Source: Methanobacteriota archaeon
GTDB taxonomy: Archaea; Thermoplasmatota; Thermoplasmata; SG8-5; JAGLSY01
Assembly: GCA_020696385.1 (NCBI GenBank)
Contig: JAEHCQ010000004.1
Span: 1 to 64,000 of the forward strand
Direction of reading: 5' to 3'
Length of the DNA: 64,000 bases
A program made the position numbers and the translations under genes. Shown in pieces: positions 20,834 through 30,758 of this stretch. The notes under the pieces are model-generated. The model saw only the letters and a list, made by a program, of their open reading frames with translations, did not search any database and was not told the DNA's origin. Every line of letters begins with the position of its first letter. The stretch's first letter is position 1.

Positions 20834-22432
20834 TCACTCAGTTGAAAATATATTTATAGCCTCTAGGATCATCATAATGTCCTTTCTTTTCAATTCTTTC
20901 AATATCCATAATATTCCGGAATAGATACCAATACCGACAAAAGCAAAGATTATCAGATGGTACCATCTTGTGGCAAAATCCTGCGTGTTGATAAAATGAA
21001 GAACCAATCCCATCAAAGTAGCCGATATGATATGTATTATCATTCGTGGTTGGATTATTCTATTTTTTATTATTTTTTTGGATGCTGCCCTGAGCATGAG
21101 ATACATGACCAAAACCGAGATTAGCCCAGCCAAAGCCGCACCATTATGCCCCACTATATTATAGTTGCTCAGGAGTCCGTTTTTTGGAATCAGAAGAATG
21201 TTCAATCCAATATTTACCAGAGCACCAATAACCATAAATTTCGCATAGTGTTTTGGCCGATTCATGCCAACAATTACAGAGGTATAAGGTATATTTAAAG
21301 AACTGATAAAAGCAAACACTGTAAGAATTCGCAAGGTATTTGTTGCAGGTTCAAAGGAATTACTTAGGACAATTACGATTATTTCATGGCTGAAAACAAT
21401 AATATAAGCAACCAAAGGAAGCAGGAAAAGAGACAGGTATCGGTCTGCTTTTCTTGTTATACGTCCTATCTCTTTCAGGTTCTTTTTTATATGCAATGAT
21501 GAAATGGTGGGAAATAAAAGCACACCTACTGCAGTTGAGAACATTAGTAGACTGGTGGATATTCTTTGTACCGCGAAATAATACCCCACTTCTCTGGCAG
21601 CCCAGAAAAATCCCAACATTAGTTTATCAATATTCCATGTTATTAATGCAAAAGCAGAAACGACCATCATTGGTAATGCAAAGACAAGATAGCTTTTTGC
21701 ATATTCTTTACTTGGTCTTTTTATTGGATATTTTCTGAACATTATCAATGCTAAAATGAAAGCAATTGAAGTTCCCAATAAATATGTGGTGGCCAGTGCG
21801 CCTATTGCATGATTGGCCAGGAATGTTTGAAATGGCAGGAGAAACTCGGGCCAGGGATATTTAGGAGATATGAATACCCCGCTGTCAAGACTGTTGATGC
21901 CCACATACGCACCGGAAACACCGGCAAGTGCCACACCGATCATTAATAAGACACGGGTTATTGTTTCCGTGAGGGAGGATATCTGGCTCTTTACAATGTC
22001 CTTTTTTGCATTGAAGGTATAAATGGGAATTTGGGAAAGGCTTAGAACCACATAAAATGCCAAGAATATGTAAATAACACTTTCCTTGGTAGAATCATAA
22101 AATCCATTATGCAGTACATATTTCCATATGAAAATACTACCAACTACGACTAACACTAATATCCCAGTAAGGATCAATTTTATAGTCAAATAGGTCCCGA
22201 TACAAGTGCCCAGGTCTTTTCCCTCTGATACTTTCTTTATGTGTGCGTTTCCAAAACCCAGATCGGAAATGAAAGAGAATGTGCCCACAAAGGCCATGCT
22301 GAAGCTGATCACTCCAAGTGCCTCGGTTGCGAAGTCCCCCCATAGTCTTGCTATGATAAAAAGCACTAATAAACCCATAATTGAGCATATTCCATTTGAT
22401 GCCATGATTATAAATGATTTTTTGGCAATCAT
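20834..22432 (-). CDS. Oligosaccharide flippase (Wzx/AglR-like, MOP superfamily)
   Basis: 12-14 TM helices, DLGF..AH.K, IDKLMLG, VGYY.A.QRI, N.LLIP, GAALA; ends the glycan locus. Confidence 0.88.
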   Translation of the reverse strand: MIAKKSFIIMASNGICSIMGLLVLFIIARLWGDFATEALGVISFSMAFVGTFSFISDLGFGNAHIKKVSEGKDLGTCIGTYLTIKLILTGILVLVVVGSIFIWKYVLHNGFYDSTKESVIYIFLAFYVVLSLSQIPIYTFNAKKDIVKSQISSLTETITRVLLMIGVALAGVSGAYVGINSLDSGVFISPKYPWPEFLLPFQTFLANHAIGALATTYLLGTSIAFILALIMFRKYPIKRPSKEYAKSYLVFALPMMVVSAFALITWNIDKLMLGFFWAAREVGYYFAVQRISTSLLMFSTAVGVLLFPTISSLHIKKNLKEIGRITRKADRYLSLFLLPLVAYIIVFSHEIIVIVLSNSFEPATNTLRILTVFAFISSLNIPYTSVIVGMNRPKHYAKFMVIGALVNIGLNILLIPKNGLLSNYNIVGHNGAALAGLISVLVMYLMLRAASKKIIKNRIIQPRMIIHIISATLMGLVLHFINTQDFATRWYHLIIFAFVGIGIYSGILWILKELKRKDIMMILEAINIFSTE

Positions 22433-22482
22433 GATAGTTTCTCCATCTGCAAGTAAAAATACCTATGGTATATATAGACTAC

Positions 22483-23067
22483 TTATACTGTTTTATTGAA
22501 TCTGTAAACCGATAATCTTTCAAAGAACAATTCTTTATTGAGCATATGTTCCATTTCATAAATACCTCTGGCATACTCCAATATATTATTTTCAGACTGG
22601 GATGATGTCAGAAGAAATATATCCCCTCCCTCGCAAAGAAGATCATGCACCTCATCCAGGAATCTGATCGAGATCTCATGCCCCCCGCTACCACCGACCA
22701 ATTGTTCCTTCTCCCGTTTGGTCAATACATCACCATCCTCTCCTGTGATGTATGGTGGATTGAACAGGATGATATCGAATTTGCCAGAAATTCCGGAAGC
22801 CAGATCGGTCTGTACAATATCGATCTGTAAGCTGTTTCGCTTTGCATTGGAGCGGGCAGTTTCAACAGCCACGGGACTGATATCCGTGGCAGTTACCAAT
22901 ACTCCGGCCTTGGCACAATGGAGGGCGATGAAGCCAGAGCCAGTACCGACCTCGAGTATCCTGATTCCAGGTCTTATATCGATGGATCTCAGCAGAAGGA
23001 AGGAATCCTCTGCTGGCTCATACACGCCATCAAGCACCTGGATGTCAATGTCCGGATCGAATTCCAT
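22483..23067 (-). CDS. HemK2/MTQ2-family release-factor glutamine methyltransferase
   Basis: VYEPAEDSFLL, LEVGTGSG, FNPPY. Confidence 0.9.
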   Translation of the reverse strand: MEFDPDIDIQVLDGVYEPAEDSFLLLRSIDIRPGIRILEVGTGSGFIALHCAKAGVLVTATDISPVAVETARSNAKRNSLQIDIVQTDLASGISGKFDIILFNPPYITGEDGDVLTKREKEQLVGGSGGHEISIRFLDEVHDLLCEGGDIFLLTSSQSENNILEYARGIYEMEHMLNKELFFERLSVYRFNKTV

Positions 23068-23121
23068 GGTCTGAACATTGCTCATTGATATAAAGATTTG
23101 ATGTCGGAATCTGCTCCGATT

Positions 23122-23183
23122 TGCATATATGCACATACATACAAATGTTTAAATATTCTCATAAATATATGCATGTATATGCA
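23122..23183 (+). promoter_or_regulatory. Palindromic operator-like sites upstream of the MATE gene
   Basis: Perfect palindrome TGCATATATGCA at 23122-23133 and related TGCATGTATATGCA at 23170-23183 bracketing AT-rich TATA-like sequence. Confidence 0.4.
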
Positions 23184-23217
23184 GTTGTTGTTTGAGATGG
23201 GTCAGGGAGGTGTCTGA

Positions 23218-24654
23218 ATGAGCAAGACGGCTGAAACCTCCAAGAAAATGCAGGATATGATACTTGATGGTCCCATTGCGAAGACCCTTTTCGTATTGGG
23301 CTGGCCCATGATGCTTACGCAATTCTTCCAGATGGCATACAATCTCATTGACACCTATTGGCTTGGCAAGACAGGAAGCTTGGGTCTTAATCCTGTAGAG
23401 GCGGTAGCAGCGCCTTCATTGGCCTGGCCAATTGTATTTCTATTTATTTCACTGGCATCAGGACTTTCAGTTGCTGGTGTGGCTTTGGTATCTCAATACA
23501 CGGGAGCGAAGGATGAAGAGGAAGTGAAAAAGTCCGCGGGGCAGGTCATGGGATTACTCACTTTGCTGTCGATCGCGATATGCTTTGTGGGAATACTGGC
23601 AACGGACTTTGTGCTGGATTTCATGGGTGCCGAACCTGCCCTGGTAGAGCTGGCTTCCCCCTATATCAAGGTGATATTCGTCAGCATGCCCTTCATGTTC
23701 ATGATGATGACCTATGCCGCCATACTTCGAGGCTGGGGTGATATGAAGACCCCGATGTACATCATGGCCTTCAGCGTTATGTTGAACATCATCCTTGATC
23801 CGATCTTGATATTTGGTTGGGGAGGAATTCCAGCCTTAGGGGTCACTGGTGCTGCTTATGCCACCCTCATATCCAGGGTGATCGCAGCTATCATAGGTAT
23901 CTATCTCCTCTTCAGAGGCAATAGTCTGACCATATCTATGGGACATTTGAAACTGGAGAAGGAAAGAGTGATCCAGATATTCAAGATAGGCATCCCGGCC
24001 TCGGTCGGTCAGGCCATGGTGGCCTTTGGTTTTGTGATCCTCATGGGGCTGGTGGCCCAGACCAGCACTGTCGTTCTGGCTGCTTATGGCATCGGGAACA
24101 GGGTGATCAATATGGTCTTTGTCATAACTGGTGGATTGACGGGAGCCTCGATCACCATGATAGGCCAGAATCTCGGAGCCAAGAATATTAAAAGGGCGGG
24201 CAAGGTGCTCAATACCACGATGGCCATTACCGCTTTCTTGCTTTTCCTCTGTTCTGTTGTCTTCTACATATTCAGAAAGCCCATATTCGAGATATTCATT
24301 GATGATCCAGAGGTGATCGAGGAGGGTGGTAGATTCCTGATGTTCTTTGGATCGACCATATTGTTCTTCGGTGTCTTTGGAAGTGTGCAATCCGCATTCC
24401 AAGCCTCTGGCCACACAATACCCAGCATGGTGCTTGGAATAATACGTCTATGGTGTTTGAGAGTGCCTTTGGTATATCTGTTAGCCTTCACTCTTGATGG
24501 TGGCTCAACTGGTATCTGGGTCGGCATGATGCTTAGCAATGTCATAAGTGCGATAATAGCGATAGCCTGGGCGGCAAAGGGCACGTGGAAGACCCCGATA
24601 ATCGAAAAGCGGGGTCCAAAAATGTCACTGGGTGGAGCCAATTCTCATGGCTGA
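23218..24654 (+). CDS. MATE family efflux transporter
   Basis: YNLIDT.W.G, SQY.GA, LRG.GD..TPM, NIILDPILIFG, GQNLGA. Confidence 0.95.
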   Translation: MSKTAETSKKMQDMILDGPIAKTLFVLGWPMMLTQFFQMAYNLIDTYWLGKTGSLGLNPVEAVAAPSLAWPIVFLFISLASGLSVAGVALVSQYTGAKDEEEVKKSAGQVMGLLTLLSIAICFVGILATDFVLDFMGAEPALVELASPYIKVIFVSMPFMFMMMTYAAILRGWGDMKTPMYIMAFSVMLNIILDPILIFGWGGIPALGVTGAAYATLISRVIAAIIGIYLLFRGNSLTISMGHLKLEKERVIQIFKIGIPASVGQAMVAFGFVILMGLVAQTSTVVLAAYGIGNRVINMVFVITGGLTGASITMIGQNLGAKNIKRAGKVLNTTMAITAFLLFLCSVVFYIFRKPIFEIFIDDPEVIEEGGRFLMFFGSTILFFGVFGSVQSAFQASGHTIPSMVLGIIRLWCLRVPLVYLLAFTLDGGSTGIWVGMMLSNVISAIIAIAWAAKGTWKTPIIEKRGPKMSLGGANSHG

Positions 24655-24708
24655 TCCCTTGTGAATTTAAGGTATCATCCATTGATTCAATTATATGAAT
24701 GGCGAATT

Positions 24709-25422
24709 TCACTCCAACACATAGGTAATTCTAACACGTTCCTTGCCCTTATTATCCTTCTTTATTATGTTAACCTTACCCAGTTCTTTGGTATTCCTCA
24801 CATGGGTGCCAGCACATGGGCATATATCGAATCCTTTTACATCCACCACCCGCAATACCTTGATGCTCTCGGGTATCAGATCGAGATTGCTTCTCTCCAC
24901 ATCCACGCTGGATAGTAGAATGTCGCGAGTCTCGGTGTATATGCTCACTTCCAATTCCTGTGAGATGATGTCATTGGCCATTCTCTCTATCTTTTTAATA
25001 TCATCATCATCGAACTTCACCGGATGAAGATCCACCCTGGCCCTGTCATGATAAAGCTGATTTCCCACGGTCCTGGCTCCATATTCATCGAACACCACCC
25101 CTGAAACAATATGCTGGGCTGTATGCATCCGCATATGGCCGTATCTTTTCTCCCAATCCAATTCACCATGCACTTCAGTGCCCGATGGAGGGAGGTCTCC
25201 CTCCAGATGGTGTTTTATGATACCTTTTTTGGTAACCTCTTTCACCCTTGCTTCCCCTCCATTCCAGCGGAGAAGGCCAGTGTCCGAAGGCTGCCCCCCT
25301 CCCAGCGGGTAGAAAGCGGTCTTGTCCAGTACCACATAATTATCCTTGGCCTTGATGACATTTGCATCGAATTCCTTGATATAATTCGAATCACCATCTT
25401 TCATGTACAATACTTCGGTCAT
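24709..25422 (-). CDS. alaX: Alanyl-tRNA editing protein AlaX (AlaX-M size)
   Basis: TAFYP.GGGQP.D.G, RMHTAQH, CPCAGTHV. Confidence 0.93.
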   Translation of the reverse strand: MTEVLYMKDGDSNYIKEFDANVIKAKDNYVVLDKTAFYPLGGGQPSDTGLLRWNGGEARVKEVTKKGIIKHHLEGDLPPSGTEVHGELDWEKRYGHMRMHTAQHIVSGVVFDEYGARTVGNQLYHDRARVDLHPVKFDDDDIKKIERMANDIISQELEVSIYTETRDILLSSVDVERSNLDLIPESIKVLRVVDVKGFDICPCAGTHVRNTKELGKVNIIKKDNKGKERVRITYVLE

Positions 25423-25563
25423 CTTATCACGATCCAAGTCATGTAAATAAGAGATAAAAGGATTTTGGAGGGAATTGTCCGGAGTGATGTCCAGAATGAT
25501 TTAACTATTCTCAAACTCTAATTTATTATACCATTAATCTTTACCCCGGAATGAGTGTTTGAG

Positions 25564-26724
25564 ATGGAAGGAAAGCGCATATACATGGACCACGCATCGT
25601 CGACCCCGGTCGATAAGCAAGTGCTAGATGAGATGATACCATATTTTTGTGAGATATACGGCAATGCATCCAATATCCATACCTTTGGTAGAGAATCCCG
25701 TGAGGGCATAGAGAAGGCGAGGAAACAGGTCGCGGACCTCATTGGAGCCGCACCAGAGGAGATCATATTCACATCTGGTGGAACAGAATCTGATAATATG
25801 GGTATCAAGGGCTATCTGAATGGCTCGAGAAAGGATGGCACACATATCATGACCTCCTCGATAGAACACCCTGCGGTACTGAGAACGTTCCAGCACCTGG
25901 AAAAAGCTGGCTTCGAGGTAACCTATGTCCCTGTGGATGAGGAAGGCATGATCAAGATCGATGAATATACCAATTCCTTCAGGGAGAACACATCATTTGT
26001 CTCCATCATATTCGGCAATAATGAGATCGGCGTTGTCCAGGACATTAAGGAACTGGCCCGCATCGCTCATGAAAAGGGAGCTGTTTTTCATACAGATGCT
26101 GTCCAGGCATATGGCAAGCTTCCCATTGATGTGAAGGAAATGGGTATAGACCTGCTATCTCTCTCCGGGCACAAAATATACGCTCCAAAGGGAATAGGCG
26201 CGCTATACATCCGTAAGGGCCTACGTATCTCCAGGATCAATCATGGCGGAAGCCATGAAAGAGGTCTACGCTCTGGAACAGAAAATGTTCCGGCCATAGT
26301 TGGCCTTGGCAAGGCTGCGGAACTATGTGGCCAGAGGATGGAAGAGGACACTGTCAGAGAAATGAAGATGCGCGATCACCTGATCGACGAGATACTGGCC
26401 AAGATACCCGAGACCTACCTGAATGGTCACAGGACCAACCGCCTGCCCAATAATGTCAATGTTCGTTTCTCCCATGTGGAGGGAGAAGCTATACTTCTCA
26501 ATCTGGATTATTATGGCATAGCTGTCACCACTGGATCTGCCTGCTCTTCAGCATCTTTGGATCCTTCACACGTCATGCTGGCTATCGGTCTTAAAGCCGA
26601 GCAAGCTCATGGCTCCATGAGGCTCACACTGGGTCGCCAGACCACTGACGCTGATATTGAAAAGGTGCTTGAGGTATTACCAGGGGTCATCGAGAAGCTC
26701 AGGATGATGTCGCCGCTGGGATAG
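25564..26724 (+). CDS. iscS: Cysteine desulfurase, IscS/NifS type
   Basis: FTSGGTES.N, HTDAVQ, SGHKIYAPKG, RSGTEN, GSACSS. Confidence 0.93.
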   Translation: MEGKRIYMDHASSTPVDKQVLDEMIPYFCEIYGNASNIHTFGRESREGIEKARKQVADLIGAAPEEIIFTSGGTESDNMGIKGYLNGSRKDGTHIMTSSIEHPAVLRTFQHLEKAGFEVTYVPVDEEGMIKIDEYTNSFRENTSFVSIIFGNNEIGVVQDIKELARIAHEKGAVFHTDAVQAYGKLPIDVKEMGIDLLSLSGHKIYAPKGIGALYIRKGLRISRINHGGSHERGLRSGTENVPAIVGLGKAAELCGQRMEEDTVREMKMRDHLIDEILAKIPETYLNGHRTNRLPNNVNVRFSHVEGEAILLNLDYYGIAVTTGSACSSASLDPSHVMLAIGLKAEQAHGSMRLTLGRQTTDADIEKVLEVLPGVIEKLRMMSPLG

Positions 26725-26727
26725 TTA

Positions 26728-26850
26728 TATTCATTATTGACCAAGTTAAAGCCTTATTCGTTTATTCATTATTGACCAAGTTAAAGCCCTCAGTATCTAT
26801 TCATTGTTAACCAAGTCAAAGCCTTATTCGTTTATTCATTATTGACCAAA
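26728..26850. repeat. 35-bp tandem repeat (3 full units plus a partial one) overlapping the flippase stop codon
   Basis: Units start at 26728, 26763, 26798, 26833; core TATTCATT(A/G)TT(G/A)ACCAAGT(T/C)AAAGCC. Confidence 0.92.
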
Positions 26851-28349
26851 TCTCTGAACCTGTAGAAATCATGCTTCAGCATCTCCCCACCCAGATAGAG
26901 TAGGAAAAAGTATACGATGGCTGCGAAGATGGCGAACATGAATATGTGCTTTGCTTCGATATCTATCTCCCATAGCCAGATCATGAACTTCATGGTCACG
27001 AAAAGTATGCCCGCTCCCAGGAAATGAAAGGCGATCCTTGGATGGGGCTTGAAATCTATTTCCGCCATCACCTTCAATCTGTATCCGAAAAAGGCAAGTG
27101 CATTGGCAGCCAACAGAGCCAGTGCGGCTCCATTTATTCCATGTATCCACTCTATATCCGGGGCAATTCCCTTTGAGGGTATGAGCATGATACCAAGGGA
27201 GATATTAATTCCCAATGCCAGTGCGGCTATGGTTCCAAGATATTTGTAAGATCGATTCTGAAGAAGATAAAGCAATGACGGGGTTGTCAAGGCCATGAAA
27301 AGCCCGGACACTGCCAGGATGATGACCGCGTGTTCGGCCGCGGCAAAGTTGGGTCCGAGGAATTGAGTCAGTAGATGATATGAAAAAGCAATGTAGAAGG
27401 CGGTCACAGGAACTGCGAGCAAGGTGATGTATCTCTCAGTCAGTCTCAAAGACTCTGCCAGAACTTTGCGATCGTTCTGGAACTTAACCACGGCCCCTCC
27501 TAGGATCATCCCGATCGCGGCCGATGATGCCCCTATGAAGATAACTATCCTCTGGGCTCCGAAGTACAGACCAAGGTCAGCCAGATCCCACCACCACCAG
27601 ATCAGGATCTTATCCAGGTTCAGCACCAGGGAAGTGAAGAAAAGGTACGGGAGTATTTTCTTGGATACATCGACAAAAAATCTGTCTATGTCCTTGTCCA
27701 GATCTCCTTTCTTCAATCTTCTGGAATTATTCATCAATGCCAATAGCCCGCCTACGGATGCCAGCAGGTAAATGAAGGAAAGAACGAATACGCCCTCCTC
27801 ATTATTCTCGAGGAGGCCGATCTTAATGACACCGATTATAAGAGCGAGCTTGATGAAAGCGTCCACGCCTTCATAAACCTTCTCCGCCTCTTTCTTGCCT
27901 TTAATATTGGAGCCAGTGATCCATATTTGAGCCAGACCATTGGATGCGAAATAACACAATATGGGTATCATCGCGGCCGCATGAAGGTACTTGACATCAA
28001 CTGGTTGAAAATATTGACTGTATATCAGGATCATCCCACCCGATATCAGGGTGAGCCAGAGTGTGAGATTGACCTTACTTTTTCTAAATCTGGAATAACA
28101 TTTGGAAAAGGGATATCCATCACTCACAGCCGCTTGGAAAGCGAAGGCATTTCCAAGATCCCCCACGATGGCGAAGAGACCGACGAAGGAAAGTAAGAAG
28201 GCCAGTGCCCCCAACATCTCGGTGCCGAGATTCCTCGCGATGTACAGTAAGGCAATGGTATTGGCAATAGCTACAAGGAATGAACTGGCAATGATCGCGA
28301 TCTTCTTGCCATTCTTTTTCTTATCACTGTTCTTGGCCTTCTCCTTCAT
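26832..28349 (-). CDS. Second oligosaccharide flippase-family protein
   Basis: IARNLG...LG, GDLG, LDKILI, LGLY..AQRI, MLIP, GINGAALA; many TM helices. Confidence 0.8.
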   Translation of the reverse strand: MKEKAKNSDKKKNGKKIAIIASSFLVAIANTIALLYIARNLGTEMLGALAFLLSFVGLFAIVGDLGNAFAFQAAVSDGYPFSKCYSRFRKSKVNLTLWLTLISGGMILIYSQYFQPVDVKYLHAAAMIPILCYFASNGLAQIWITGSNIKGKKEAEKVYEGVDAFIKLALIIGVIKIGLLENNEEGVFVLSFIYLLASVGGLLALMNNSRRLKKGDLDKDIDRFFVDVSKKILPYLFFTSLVLNLDKILIWWWWDLADLGLYFGAQRIVIFIGASSAAIGMILGGAVVKFQNDRKVLAESLRLTERYITLLAVPVTAFYIAFSYHLLTQFLGPNFAAAEHAVIILAVSGLFMALTTPSLLYLLQNRSYKYLGTIAALALGINISLGIMLIPSKGIAPDIEWIHGINGAALALLAANALAFFGYRLKVMAEIDFKPHPRIAFHFLGAGILFVTMKFMIWLWEIDIEAKHIFMFAIFAAIVYFFLLYLGGEMLKHDFYRFRDLVNNE

Positions 28350-28430
28350 GGTGAGTCATACCCATATATCCAAACGTGATAAAATAATCTTGGGCAATCG
28401 AATAATTCATATCATATCACATTGTGATCA

Positions 28431-30017
28431 TTAATCCAGTGCTTCTTTCACTCTGGATTCGACGAATTCCCTATCTTGCGAGGCCAGCAGGAATCCCAAT
28501 TTGGGCCCGCGGCTTTTGCCAAGGAATATCTTGTACAGGACTTTGAAACACGCTCCTGCTTTTAATTCACAGGTCTGTGATGTTTCGTAGATCGTATCAT
28601 GGATCTGGCTGGCTTCCCATTCTATATCGCTGATGGCACTGGAAAGGGCAGTGAGGAATCTCTTATCATCCTCGCTAAGCTCGACCTCTGGCATATCCTT
28701 CTGGATGGAGAATTTCACATTCTCTGGAGCGTGGCCATCAAGCCATTTTAGAGCAACTTCACCTGTTGTTTTGGTTTTTAGGTCAAATATTGTATATTCC
28801 CCAGTTATTCGGTACAATGAGTTTTTAATACCATCCCAATCGATCTCTCCATTTGGATTCAGATTGGTTTGAACTAATGATGTCAAATGAGAGTAAGATA
28901 CCTGAGATGCATATTCTGGCACCCCATTTATCTGGGATATTTCATAGCTCCGCTTGATATCATCAATTTCCTTCTCCGGAACATTGCTGGTATCCCCGAA
29001 GAACACACGCTCGCTGTTCTCATAATCTTCAGCTAGCTTTGGAATTGCGAACTCAAAATCGATCTCCTTATGGCTGGCTGGCTGTGAACGGAAGAAGAAG
29101 TATTTGGTTATCTCGGGGGTCACAATATCTATCATGTCCCCGATGGTCAATATTCTGCCAACGGATTTACCCAGTCTTTTACCTCCTATGACTATCCACT
29201 CATAGGGTACTGGCATGGGAGCCTGGCTATTGAATATCTTCTCACATATGATCTTGCTGCTCTCATATGTTCCACCTGCGGCTGCCAGGTCCTTGCCCAT
29301 TGGCTCGCATGTGACTCCCAGGTGGCTCCATCTAGCTGCCCATTCCACTCTCCAGGGCAGTTTTCCATCTCTTATTCCGACCTCGCCTTCATGACCGCAG
29401 CCAGGGAATTTGGTCTTTCCCGCGACTCCGCCACTGCACCTGTATTGAACTTTATCATTCTCATAAGCATAAGCCTGGGTCGTTAGGACCTTTCCGCATT
29501 GTTCGCAAACTGGAAAAAAAGGAAGCCAGTCATCGGCTTTCTTGCTTCCAGAGACCTCGTACAATATGGTCTTGATCTCCTCGGCTTTTTCAAGGGCAGT
29601 TCTGATGACTTCGTCATATTTCCCGTCTTTGTACATACCAGCGACTGATATCGCTTCTGGTCTGACGTCTATTCTTTCAAGATTCTTGAGAAATGGTCTT
29701 GTGAAATGCTCGACAAAGGAACCACAGCATCCATCCGGGCATGGCAGATCTGCTGCTGGAAGGCCCAGATACTGTTTGAAATCCTTTGGCACTTGCCCAG
29801 GGACCTTTCTGAATCCATCCATATCGTCCATTATCCAGATGGCTTTGGACTTTCCACCCTGTTCGATGATGGCTTTGTGGATCCCATCAGCGTATATGAT
29901 GTCACTGGCACTGCCAAGATGTGGCTGGCCAGATATTCCGGTTCCACTTTGTACCAGATGGCTATCACTCAATTTAAGAAGCTTCTCAGCGTATACATCG
30001 ACCCAGTGCATGCCCAT
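28431..30017 (-). CDS. lysS: Lysine--tRNA ligase, class I
   Basis: MHWVD, SG.PHLG, GKLPWRVEWAARW, EPMGKD, GPKLG. Confidence 0.95.
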   Translation of the reverse strand: MGMHWVDVYAEKLLKLSDSHLVQSGTGISGQPHLGSASDIIYADGIHKAIIEQGGKSKAIWIMDDMDGFRKVPGQVPKDFKQYLGLPAADLPCPDGCCGSFVEHFTRPFLKNLERIDVRPEAISVAGMYKDGKYDEVIRTALEKAEEIKTILYEVSGSKKADDWLPFFPVCEQCGKVLTTQAYAYENDKVQYRCSGGVAGKTKFPGCGHEGEVGIRDGKLPWRVEWAARWSHLGVTCEPMGKDLAAAGGTYESSKIICEKIFNSQAPMPVPYEWIVIGGKRLGKSVGRILTIGDMIDIVTPEITKYFFFRSQPASHKEIDFEFAIPKLAEDYENSERVFFGDTSNVPEKEIDDIKRSYEISQINGVPEYASQVSYSHLTSLVQTNLNPNGEIDWDGIKNSLYRITGEYTIFDLKTKTTGEVALKWLDGHAPENVKFSIQKDMPEVELSEDDKRFLTALSSAISDIEWEASQIHDTIYETSQTCELKAGACFKVLYKIFLGKSRGPKLGFLLASQDREFVESRVKEALD

Positions 30018-30021
30018 TCCT

Positions 30022-30624
30022 CTATTCTTCTATTCCAATGGATCTGGCTCTGATAAGTGACCTGACAGGCACTCCCTGGATCTCGGTCTTATCTGTTTTA
30101 TTGACAATAGTGAGAATAAGTGCTGGTTTCGCACCGTGTTCTTTGAGATTGGTTACAGCACTTCTCATGGTCTCTCCGCTGCCGATGAAATCGTCCACGA
30201 TAACGATGGATTTTCCATCCACATCTGCAAAGTTCGAGCTTAGAGCTCCCTTCCCACTTTCTTCCTGGGGAGGTCTGTAGATGCTCAGTTCCAATTCCAA
30301 TTCTTCTGAAATGTAAGATGCCAGAGGAATACCATTGATGGCGAGACCCACAATGGTGTCCACCTCCATCTTCCTGTTCATGCATTCTTCCAGTATGATA
30401 TCTGATAATATTGTGGATAGGTAAGAGATACGATGTCCATATACACCGATGGACCTCCATCCGATCTTAACATCCGTTGGTGGGCTCTCTACCTTGACGT
30501 CCCTGGTCAAAAGCCAGACCACTGTTCCAACCGATAGGTGGAGCTCTCTGGCTATTTCCTTGTCATTCATACCACTTGCTTTCAATTCCCTGGACTTCTT
30601 GACCAGTAGATCAATTCCTTTCAT
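30022..30624 (-). CDS. gfcR: GfcR / orotate phosphoribosyltransferase-like transcriptional regulator
   Basis: N-terminal HTH (EIARELHLS..T..WLL), P.DV.I.W.SIG, SSNFA, VVDD...SG.T PRT loop. Confidence 0.85.
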   Translation of the reverse strand: MKGIDLLVKKSRELKASGMNDKEIARELHLSVGTVVWLLTRDVKVESPPTDVKIGWRSIGVYGHRISYLSTILSDIILEECMNRKMEVDTIVGLAINGIPLASYISEELELELSIYRPPQEESGKGALSSNFADVDGKSIVIVDDFIGSGETMRSAVTNLKEHGAKPALILTIVNKTDKTEIQGVPVRSLIRARSIGIEE

Positions 30625-30758
30625 AGTTTCTCCTCTCATCCTGTATTATATAGTATGTTATATAAATGTAGTTATAGTGGATGTGAATAGTCGATAACCA
30701 GAATAATATAGCTGGCTGGCCTATTGAATATTTGGCTTTGGAAGGCCGATAGTTCACA

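Noticed and set aside
26728-26850. Mini CRISPR array
   Set aside because: Linkers are only 9 bp and two are identical; the repeat is the flippase 3' end; no cas genes.
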